Source: Acidobacteriota bacterium
GTDB lineage: Bacteria; Acidobacteriota; Vicinamibacteria; Fen-336
NCBI GenBank assembly: GCA_003222275.1
Contig: QHVJ01000150.1
Coordinates: 10,518-74,517, forward strand
DNA length: 64,000 bases
Direction: 5' to 3'
Position numbers and translations under genes: made by a program. Every line of letters starts with the position of its first letter. Position 1 is the stretch's first letter. The notes below the pieces were generated by a model that saw nothing but the letters and a program-made list of their open reading frames with translations, did not search any database and was not told the DNA's origin. Positions 57,060 through 64,000 of the stretch are shown here, piece after piece.

Positions 57060-58438
57060 CGGATCCGACGCGGCGGTCTTTCCTGCAGGCCATGGCGGGC
57101 GTAGGCTTCTGGGCCATGACCGACAAGCCGAGACCGGCGGGGGCCCAGGCCGCACCGGCATGGGATCCGTCGCAGCCGCTGCCCGCGGACCTCCCCGTGC
57201 CCGTCGACGACGGCGCATGCAAGCATCTGCCGGGCCTGGCGGTGCCCGCGATCAAGCTCCGGTCCACCAAGGATCGCTGGGTGGACCTCGCGGCGGTTCG
57301 TGCCCCGCGCGTCGTCGTGTACTGCTATCCGCGAACGGGGGTCCCGGGCCAGCCCCTGCTTCCCGGGTGGGACGCGATCCCGGGCGCGCGCGGCTGCACG
57401 CCGGAGACCTGCGGCTTCCGCGACCATCACAAGGACCTGCAGCAGCTCGGAGCCGAGGTGTTCGGCTTCAGCACGCAGACGACCGAGTACCAGAAGGAGA
57501 TGGCCGAGCGGCTCCACCTGCCGTTCGAGGTGCTGAGCGACGCCGACCTCGCCTTCGTGCACGCGCTCCGGCTGCCGACGTTCGACATCGAGGGCATGAC
57601 CCTCGTGAAGCGGCTCACGCTCGTGCTGTCACGGCAGCACATCGAGAAGGTCTTCTACCCGGTGTTTCCGCCCGACAAGCATGCAGCCGAGGTGATCGAG
57701 TGGCTGCGCGCGCATCCGGCCGAGGCGAAGGGCGCGGAGAAGGTCATCGCCCTGGTCGCGTTCCCGGACCTCACGCTGCTCGATCTCGTCGGGCCCCTGC
57801 AGGTCCTGAAGGCGCTGCCGGCGCCCTATCGGACCGTGGTCGTGGGGGAGCGCAAGGAGCCGATGTCGACCGACACCGGCCTCACGCTCACGCCCGAGCG
57901 GACCTTCGCCGAGGTGCCGCAGCCGTTCGCGATCGTCGTGCCCGGCGGGCCGGGATCGGTGGCGGCGATGGCCAATCCCGCGCTGCAGTCGTATCTGCGC
58001 TCGGCCGCGCCGAGCGCCGACGTCGTCGGCTCCGTGTGCACGGGCGCGCTCGTCCTGGGCGCCGCGGGGCTGCTCGAGGGCCGCCGGGCGACCACGCACT
58101 GGGCCTACTCCGGCGAGCTGGAGAAGCTCGGCGCGCGCTACGTGCGGGAGCGGTGGGTGGAGGACGGCAAGCTCGTGACGGCGGGCGGGGTCTCGGCGGG
58201 CATCGACATGGCCCTCGCCCTCGCCGCCCGCCTCAGCGATCCCGCCACCGCGCAGCGCATCCAGCTCGGGATCGAGTACGATCCGCACCCGCCGCTCGGC
58301 CCCATCGACTGGAGCCACGTGGGCGACGCGGAGCGCGAGCGGCAGCGCCAGGGCGGCACGGGCCGGCGGCTGAAGGACGCGCGCCAACTTCTCGTCGGCC
58401 GGCCCGACCTGCTCCGCCGCCTGGGGATCGAACCCTGA
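57056..58438 (+). CDS. Tat-exported fusion protein: BCP/PrxQ-like peroxiredoxin domain + DJ-1/PfpI (class I glutamine amidotransferase-like) domain
   Basis: ATGA overlap with the HupE gene. Twin-arginine motif TRRSFLQA. Prx motif GCTPETCGFRD. DJ-1/PfpI nucleophile elbow VCTGALVLGAAGLL with HWAYS. Confidence 0.7.
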   Translation: MTDPTRRSFLQAMAGVGFWAMTDKPRPAGAQAAPAWDPSQPLPADLPVPVDDGACKHLPGLAVPAIKLRSTKDRWVDLAAVRAPRVVVYCYPRTGVPGQPLLPGWDAIPGARGCTPETCGFRDHHKDLQQLGAEVFGFSTQTTEYQKEMAERLHLPFEVLSDADLAFVHALRLPTFDIEGMTLVKRLTLVLSRQHIEKVFYPVFPPDKHAAEVIEWLRAHPAEAKGAEKVIALVAFPDLTLLDLVGPLQVLKALPAPYRTVVVGERKEPMSTDTGLTLTPERTFAEVPQPFAIVVPGGPGSVAAMANPALQSYLRSAAPSADVVGSVCTGALVLGAAGLLEGRRATTHWAYSGELEKLGARYVRERWVEDGKLVTAGGVSAGIDMALALAARLSDPATAQRIQLGIEYDPHPPLGPIDWSHVGDAERERQRQGGTGRRLKDARQLLVGRPDLLRRLGIEP

Positions 58439-58456
58439 TTTGATTCCTGTGTTAAT

Positions 58457-58486
58457 GTGATACTGTGAAGAATGTCACAGTATCAC
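58457..58486 (+). promoter_or_regulatory. 12-6-12 perfect inverted repeat GTGATACTGTGA-agaatg-TCACAGTATCAC spanning the vapB start codon (likely VapB/VapBC autoregulatory operator)
   Basis: Perfect dyad in an AT-richer patch; the GTG start of vapB lies inside the left arm. Confidence 0.45.
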
Positions 58487-58707
58487 TACCGGAGCTGGTC
58501 TACCGCCGCGCCCGCATCAAGGCCGCCGAGCGCGACACGTCGGTAACTGCCCTCGTCCGCGAGTTCCTGATGAAGCTGGGGGAGGAGGAGTCGGACTTCG
58601 AGCGGCGCCAGCGGCTTCAGGACGAAGTGCTCGCCTCGGTGCGAGGCTTCAGCGCCGGCGATCGCCGGCCGCGGAGCGACGTGCACGGGCGCCGTGCGCT
58701 TCGTTGA
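58465..58707 (+). CDS. vapB: Type II antitoxin (VapB-like, ribbon-helix-helix/AbrB-like N-terminus)
   Basis: 80 aa; N-terminal DNA-binding-like region MKNVTVSLPELVYRRARIKAAE...ALVREFL. Overlaps the downstream PIN toxin by 14 nt. Confidence 0.6.
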   Translation: MKNVTVSLPELVYRRARIKAAERDTSVTALVREFLMKLGEEESDFERRQRLQDEVLASVRGFSAGDRRPRSDVHGRRALR

Positions 58708-59125
58708 CACGAACGTCCTGCTCTACGCGGTCAGCACGGCCGCCGGCGAGCGCGCCAAGGCGGATCTGGCCCGGGCGGTGTTGGAGTCCTCCGACCTCGG
58801 CCTGTCCGTCCAGGTCTTGCAGGAGTTCTATGTCCAGGCGACGCGCCCGACCAAACCTGACCGGCTCAGTCATGAGCAGGCCGCCATGCTCGTCGAGAGC
58901 TTCTTGAGGTATCCGGCGCAGGAGATCACGGCGGCCCTGATGCGCGCCGCCCTGGAAACGACGCGCCGTTTTCGTATCGCGTACTGGGACGCCGCCATCG
59001 TAGAAGCAGCCCGGGCGCTCGGTTGCCGGACGCTCCTTTCGGAAGACCTGGCGCACGGCACCGATTACGAAGGCGTCACCGTCGAGAACCCGTTCCGCAC
59101 GGGCCGGACGCGGCGCCGGACCTGA
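58694..59125 (+). CDS. vapC: PIN-domain ribonuclease toxin VapC
   Basis: MRFVDTNVLLYA N-terminus with conserved Asp residues; 143 aa; GTG start. Confidence 0.8.
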   Translation: MRFVDTNVLLYAVSTAAGERAKADLARAVLESSDLGLSVQVLQEFYVQATRPTKPDRLSHEQAAMLVESFLRYPAQEITAALMRAALETTRRFRIAYWDAAIVEAARALGCRTLLSEDLAHGTDYEGVTVENPFRTGRTRRRT

Positions 59126-59219
59126 CGCTCCCGCTCACGGTGCCCGAGGCCGTGGCCGCCGGCACGCGTAGCACGCAGGTGAACACTTCGGTCGCGCGCT
59201 TCATCCGCGAAGAGCCCGA

Positions 59220-60368
59220 TCAGGCCGCTCTCGCGGTGACCCCGAGGATCCGGCCGAACACGTCCGTGGCGCGCTTCATCTCGTCGAGCGTGCCGATCGA
59301 GACCCGCACGTGGCTCTTCTCCAGAGGCGGGAAGTCCCGCGCCACGAGCACGCCCTGCTCGCGGCAGGTGTCGCGGAAGGCCTTCGCCGGGCGCTTGATG
59401 TCGACGAACACGAAGTTGGTCTGCGAGTCCGTGGACGCGAAGCCCGCCTTGGAGAACCAGTCGATCGTGAACCGCCGGGCCTCGGTGTTGCGCGCGCTCT
59501 CGCGCTGGAGCCGGGCCTGGTCCTGGATGGACGCGGTGGCGGCGACGATGCCGGCCACGTTCAGGGCCATCGACCCCTCCCAGTCGAGCCGCTTGATCGT
59601 CTCGGGGTGCCCGATCGCGTAGCCGACGCGCATGCCCGCCATCCCGTGCGCCTTGGAGAACGTGCGCGCCACCACCACCCGCGGGTCCTTGACCGCGCGC
59701 GCCGCCTGCGTGCGGTGGGACGGATCGGTGACGTAGTCGTGGTACGCCTCGTCGATCAGGACGAGGGCGTCGGGCGCCGCGGAGTGCACGCGCTCGATGA
59801 ACGCGTCCACCGCGTCGCCGGTGAGGAGGGTGGCGGTGGGGTTGTTGGGGTTGTTGAGGAACACCAGGCCCGCGCCCTTCGCGGCCTCGGCCATCGCGTC
59901 CAGGTCGAGCTTGAGCGAGCGGTCGAGCGGGATCGCGCGCACCGGCGTGCCGATGAGGTCGGCGTAGCCCGCGCACTCCTCGTAGGTGAGCTGGCCCGCG
60001 ACCAGCGGCTTCGCGGGCGAGGTGAACGTCTGCACCGCCACCCGCAGCACCTGGGTCGAGCCGCAGCCGCTCGTCACGTTCTCGGGGCTCACGCCGAACT
60101 TCTCGGCGATGGCCTGGTGGAGATGCGCCACGTGCTCGAAGGGATAGCGGCCGGCCGGACCGCCTTCGGCGAGGGCGCGGCGCACGGAGTCGAGGACGGC
60201 CTCGCCCGGGCCCAGCGGGTTCTCGTTGTTGTGGAGGAGCAGCGGCCGGGGCGGGCGCGCCGCCCCCGACCCCTGGAAGAGCCCGGCCCAGGCCTCGCGG
60301 CGGGCCGCGAGCAGGCTGGCTCCGCCGATGCCCACCGTCTTCACGAACGCGCGGCGCGTGAACGACAT
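59220..60368 (-). CDS. Class I/II PLP-dependent aminotransferase (HisC-like) with N-terminal Tat signal peptide
   Basis: Start MSFTRRAFVKTVGIGGASLLAA after RBS AGGAGG. LNNPNNPT...SKAHGMAGMRVGY (PLP lysine) block. The 59220..62738 ORF is a read-through artefact merging this gene with antisense sequence. Confidence 0.8.
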   Translation of the reverse strand: MSFTRRAFVKTVGIGGASLLAARREAWAGLFQGSGAARPPRPLLLHNNENPLGPGEAVLDSVRRALAEGGPAGRYPFEHVAHLHQAIAEKFGVSPENVTSGCGSTQVLRVAVQTFTSPAKPLVAGQLTYEECAGYADLIGTPVRAIPLDRSLKLDLDAMAEAAKGAGLVFLNNPNNPTATLLTGDAVDAFIERVHSAAPDALVLIDEAYHDYVTDPSHRTQAARAVKDPRVVVARTFSKAHGMAGMRVGYAIGHPETIKRLDWEGSMALNVAGIVAATASIQDQARLQRESARNTEARRFTIDWFSKAGFASTDSQTNFVFVDIKRPAKAFRDTCREQGVLVARDFPPLEKSHVRVSIGTLDEMKRATDVFGRILGVTARAA

Positions 60369-60397
60369 GTCTGCCTCCTTGCGCGGCATGCCCGCCC

Positions 60398-61594
60398 TCA
60401 CCGGGGCCTCCGGGGTTCGTTCACCGACCCGGCCGGGGCCGGCCGGCCCCCGCCGAGCACCTCGGCGATGACCACCCCCGCCCGCTGCATCTCGTCGATC
60501 GTGCCGATGGAGACGCGCGCGTGGGTCTTCTGGAGCGGCGGGAACTCGCGTCCGACCAGGATGCCGCGCCGCGCGCAGTCTTCCTTGAACGCCTTGGCGG
60601 GGCGGCCGATGTCGACGAACACGAAGTTGGCCTGCGAGTCCATGACCCGGAAGCCCATGTCCTTGAAGATGCGCGTCGTGAACGCCCGCGCCTCGGTGTT
60701 GCGCGCGCGCTCGGCCTCGATGTGGGCGGGATCGTCCAGCGCCGCGATCGCCGCGGCGACGGCGAGCGAGTTCTGGTTGAACGTGATCCCCCAGCGGTTG
60801 AAGGCGTCCATCGTGTGCTTCTGGCCGATCGCGTAGCCCACGCGCATCCCGGCCATGCCATAGGCCTTGGAGAGCGTGCGCGCGACGATGACGTTCGGGT
60901 GCTCGAGGGCGAGCGGCACCGCGGTGGCGTAGCCGGGATCCGTCACGTAGTCGTGATAGGCCTCGTCGACGAGGATGGCGGTCTCCGGCGATTCCTGGCC
61001 GACGCGCGCGATGAAGTCCGCCACCGCGCGGGCCGGGTGGAGCGTGCTCGTGGGGTTGTTCGGGTTGCACAGGAACACCAGCCCCGCCCAGCGGGCCGCC
61101 TGCGCCATCGCGTCGAGGTCGAGCCGGCCGTCCTTGTCGACCGGGACCCGCCGCACGCCGATGCCGAGCTGGTCGGCCATCTTCTCGGGCATCTCGAAGG
61201 TCGGCGCCGCCGTGACCAGCGGCCGCGACGACGACGTGTAGAGACGCACCGCGATGCGCAGCAGCTCCCAGGAGCCCGAGCCCATCGACACGTTCTCCGG
61301 CTTCACGGAGTTGCGGCGGGCGATCGCCTCGCGTAGGTCGCCCATCGAGGGCCGCGCGTTGGTGGGGTAGCGTCCCGCGTCGACGAAGGCGCGCGTCAGC
61401 GCCTCCATCGCCGCCCGGCCCGGGCCGAGCGGGTTCTCGTTGCTGTCGAGCAGGATCTTGGCTTCGGAGCGCGGGGTCGGCGCGGCGCCTCCGGCCGTGA
61501 ACGCCTCGCGGCCGCGGGCGGCGACGATGGCCGGGGAGTAGGCTGCGGTCCCGGGCGAGATGGCGCCCAGGAACGAGCGTCGGGAGACCGGCAT
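60398..61594 (-). CDS. Class I/II PLP-dependent aminotransferase (HisC-like) with N-terminal Tat signal peptide, paralog
   Basis: Start MPVSRRSFLGA after RBS GAGGAGG. LCNPNNPT...SKAYGMAGMRVGY. About 55-60% identical to the downstream paralog. Confidence 0.8.
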   Translation of the reverse strand: MPVSRRSFLGAISPGTAAYSPAIVAARGREAFTAGGAAPTPRSEAKILLDSNENPLGPGRAAMEALTRAFVDAGRYPTNARPSMGDLREAIARRNSVKPENVSMGSGSWELLRIAVRLYTSSSRPLVTAAPTFEMPEKMADQLGIGVRRVPVDKDGRLDLDAMAQAARWAGLVFLCNPNNPTSTLHPARAVADFIARVGQESPETAILVDEAYHDYVTDPGYATAVPLALEHPNVIVARTLSKAYGMAGMRVGYAIGQKHTMDAFNRWGITFNQNSLAVAAAIAALDDPAHIEAERARNTEARAFTTRIFKDMGFRVMDSQANFVFVDIGRPAKAFKEDCARRGILVGREFPPLQKTHARVSIGTIDEMQRAGVVIAEVLGGGRPAPAGSVNEPRRPR

Positions 61595-61624
61595 GGTAGT
61601 CCTCCTCTAAGCGACGGATCGGGG

Positions 61625-62923
61625 CTAGGTGGGTCGATTGTACCGCACGCGCCCCAACGCCAGATACAGGAAAAACCCGGCGACGAGCGCCGCCACGCCC
61701 GTGGCGGCCTGGGAACGTTCGAGGCCGGTCAGCAGCCAGAGGGACAGGCCCGCGGCCGCCGCCGGGACGAGGAGCCCGCCCGGCACGCGGAAGCGCCGCT
61801 CCGCCGCGGGCATCTTGCGCCGGAGGACGGGCACCGCGAGACACGTCGCCGCGCTGAACACGAGGCGGGCGACCGCGCTCACGGCCGCGAGGCGGGCGAA
61901 GTCTCCGAGGAGCGCCGCTGCCCATGCCAGCAGGGTGAACACGACGACGGCGACGTGCGGCGTGCGGTGGCGCTCGTGGACGCGCGCCAGCGCCGCCGGG
62001 AGCTGCCCGCCCTCGGCCAGGGCGTAGAGGATCCGGGGGCCCACCAGCGCCAGGGCGCTCGAGCTGCCCGCCGTGGAGACGACGGCCCCCAGCGCGATCG
62101 CGAGGGCGCCCGCGGGCCCGAGGAAGCTCCGCGCCGCCGAGGCGAGCGGGGTGGGATCGCTCGCGAGGCCGGGGAGCGTGCCGAGCGCCACGATCTGGAC
62201 GAGGACGTAGAGCACGGCCGTCAGCCCGATCGCCGCCAGCAGCGCGACGGGCAGGTGGCGCTTCGGGTCCTTCGACTCGTCGCCGGGGACCGAAGCGTTC
62301 TCGAATCCGCCGAAGGCAAAGATCAGCAGCAGGCTCGCCTGCCGCAGCCGGCTCGAGTCGGGAAGGGCGAGGAGCACGTAGCGGTTCGGGTCGGCGTAGA
62401 CCAAACCCACCGAGACGAAGAGGAGCAGCGGGACCAGCTTCGCGACCGTCAGCACGTTCACCGTCCAGCCGCCGTAGCGCACGCCGACGACGTTCACCGC
62501 CGCAAGAGCGGCGAGCAGGGCCGTGATCGCGAGCGCCCGGCCGGCTCCGCCCGCCGCGGCGGGCCAGAGGTAGCCGAGGTAGGCGGCGAACGCGTTGCCG
62601 ATCGCGGCGGCGGCCGCGAGCCGGGAGAGGAAGAACGCCCAGCCCACCTGGAACGCGACGAACGGCCCGAAGGCCTTGCGGGCGTACAGGTACGGGCCGC
62701 CGGTGCGGTCGAACAGGCTGCCCGCCTCGGCGAAGCACGCCACGACGAGCGCGGCCACGAGGGCCGCCACCAGATAGGCGACGGGGCTCGCGGGCCCGAG
62801 CAGTCCCGCCACCGTCGCCGGGAGCACGAAGATGCCGGAACCGATGACGCCGTTGACGGCGATGGCGGTCAGGCCCGGCAAACCCACGACCCGGAGAAGG
62901 CGCGGGCGCGGCGGGCTCGCCAT
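61625..62923 (-). CDS. APC-superfamily amino acid permease
   Basis: 12-TM pattern; GSGIF motif (VNGVIGSGIFVLP); APC family. Confidence 0.8.
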   Translation of the reverse strand: MASPPRPRLLRVVGLPGLTAIAVNGVIGSGIFVLPATVAGLLGPASPVAYLVAALVAALVVACFAEAGSLFDRTGGPYLYARKAFGPFVAFQVGWAFFLSRLAAAAAIGNAFAAYLGYLWPAAAGGAGRALAITALLAALAAVNVVGVRYGGWTVNVLTVAKLVPLLLFVSVGLVYADPNRYVLLALPDSSRLRQASLLLIFAFGGFENASVPGDESKDPKRHLPVALLAAIGLTAVLYVLVQIVALGTLPGLASDPTPLASAARSFLGPAGALAIALGAVVSTAGSSSALALVGPRILYALAEGGQLPAALARVHERHRTPHVAVVVFTLLAWAAALLGDFARLAAVSAVARLVFSAATCLAVPVLRRKMPAAERRFRVPGGLLVPAAAAGLSLWLLTGLERSQAATGVAALVAGFFLYLALGRVRYNRPT

Positions 62924-62927
62924 CGGG

Positions 62928-63938
62928 CTAGACGTTGTTGAGGATCGAGAGCGCGGTGCCGCTGAAGATCCGCTGCTTCTCCTCGTCGGGGATCGCGAGC
63001 GCCTCGATCGAGGAGACGGCGCGGTCGATCGAGCCGAGCAGGTGCGGGTAGTCGCTGCCCATGACCATGTGGCTCGTCCCCACCAGATCGCGCGCCATGC
63101 TCAAGGTGTACGGGCTGAACGTCACCGTGTCGTAGTAGAGCTTCTTCAGGTACGTGCTGGGCAGGGCGTCGATCTTCGCGCGGCACTCGGCGAAGTCGCG
63201 GAAGCCGTTGTCGAGCCGTTCCATCAGGTACGGGATCGCGCCGCCGAGGTGGCCGACGATCCAGCGGATGTCGGGCCGATCGCGCAGCATGCCGTCGAAG
63301 CACATCCGGGCCACGGCCAGCGTCGTGTCGAAGGGGAAGCCCACGAGGGGGCCCAGCACGTACTCGCCGAACGGCTCCGCGTTCGCGGGCAGCATGGGAT
63401 GGAGCAGGATGCACAGTTTCATCCGGTTCGCCTCCTCGAAAAAGGGGCGATAGGCGGGCGCGGTCAGCGGCCGCCCGCGGATGTTGCTCAGGAGGATCAC
63501 GCCGTTCAGCTTGAGCTCGCCGATGGCGCGGTGCAGCTCGGCCAGGGCCGCGTCGGGCGCGTCCATCGGGATCGACGCGAAGGCCTTGAAGCGGCGCGGA
63601 TGCGTCGCGACGAGCTCGGCGTACGCGTCGTTGATCTGCCGCGCGACCGCGGGCTGGCGCCGCTCGTCCACGAAGAAAACGTTGGGCGTCGAGAGCGAGA
63701 CGACCTCGACGTCGATGCCCACGCGGTCCATGTCCTCGAGCCGCTGCGCCGGGTCGCTCATCGGCGGCGTGATGCCGAAGAAACGCGAGCCGCGGTACTT
63801 GATGATCGTGCGCCCGGCGGGGTCGCGGTCGAACGAGAAATCGCCGCCGCCCTCGCGGATGAGGTCGAAGTACGGGGGCGGGTAGTAATGGGTGTGCAGG
63901 TCGAGCTTCACGGCCGTTGAGATTGCCATAGAAGTCAC
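62928..63938 (-). CDS. Amidohydrolase-2 (ACMSD-like metal-dependent hydrolase) family protein
   Basis: LDLHTHY metal-binding start; HLGG and DYPH motifs. The start is the GTG at 63938 or the ATG at 63929. Confidence 0.75.
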   Translation of the reverse strand: MTSMAISTAVKLDLHTHYYPPPYFDLIREGGGDFSFDRDPAGRTIIKYRGSRFFGITPPMSDPAQRLEDMDRVGIDVEVVSLSTPNVFFVDERRQPAVARQINDAYAELVATHPRRFKAFASIPMDAPDAALAELHRAIGELKLNGVILLSNIRGRPLTAPAYRPFFEEANRMKLCILLHPMLPANAEPFGEYVLGPLVGFPFDTTLAVARMCFDGMLRDRPDIRWIVGHLGGAIPYLMERLDNGFRDFAECRAKIDALPSTYLKKLYYDTVTFSPYTLSMARDLVGTSHMVMGSDYPHLLGSIDRAVSSIEALAIPDEEKQRIFSGTALSILNNV

Positions 63939-64000
63939 CGCGATTCAGGGAAACCCTTCCCACGATTTCAGGGTCCACCTGATTGTCTCTCGACCTCCGC

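Noticed and set aside
55197-57218. 673-aa minus-strand ORF opposite the HupE/UreJ gene
   Set aside because: Antisense to a membrane protein with clear HupE signatures; Arg/Glu/Pro-rich noise.
59023-59976. + strand 199-aa and - strand 303-aa ORFs at the aminotransferase 3' end
   Set aside because: Wrong frames of the HisC-like gene. The apparent internal repeat in the + frame reflects the DNA-level 3'-end duplication, not a protein.

Overview
This is a high-GC (~70%) chromosomal window from a Gram-negative bacterium (LptD, an outer-membrane porin and Tat signal peptides are present; the gene content resembles Acidobacteriota or Gemmatimonadota). It is gene-dense, and many neighbouring genes overlap by the 4-nt ATGA/GTGA motif, consistent with translational coupling. 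The high GC produces very long spurious ORFs on the non-coding strands, so the calls below rely on recognisable protein families, signal peptides, RBS and start context rather than ORF length. Some starts are TTG/GTG.

Content in order:
- A partial bacterial-microcompartment shell gene (BMC-H) runs off the left edge, divergent from transketolase.
- A polyphosphate cluster, sixA-CHAD-ppx-ppx-ppk1, is translationally coupled to TonB-like, DUF309 and secreted-protein genes.
- ggt, an MBL persulfide-dioxygenase-like protein fused to two rhodanese domains, a beta-propeller/phosphoesterase fusion, and the M3 peptidase Dcp follow.
- Next come a minimal nucleotidyltransferase + EEP pair and a PerR-like Fur regulator with ahpC-ahpD.
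- A phosphate-acquisition block follows: DUF47-Pit, arsR-arsM-arsC, and a putative Pho-box-controlled porin-pstS-pstS-pstC-pstA-pstB-phoU-phoB operon with a convergent response-regulator/PhoR-like kinase pair.
- Housekeeping genes follow: ispH, fabI, lptD, rfbB, an epimerase, grpE, glycerate kinase, tsaD, mtnA, moeA, moaC.
- The right end holds two convergent secreted NHL-repeat proteins, a HupE/UreJ protein coupled to a Tat-exported peroxiredoxin-DJ-1 fusion, a VapBC module, two tandem Tat-signal PLP aminotransferases, an APC permease and an amidohydrolase-2.

No rRNA, tRNA or CRISPR was found. The non-coding signals that stand out are:
- three families of small GC-rich palindromic MITE/REP-like repeats with internal 9-mer, 7-mer or G-run periodicity, several of them abutting or overlapping gene ends;
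- AT-rich promoter/operator islands that imply leaderless perR-like and arsR transcripts;
- a VapB operator;
- Pho-box-like direct repeats upstream of the porin-pst operon and of ppx.
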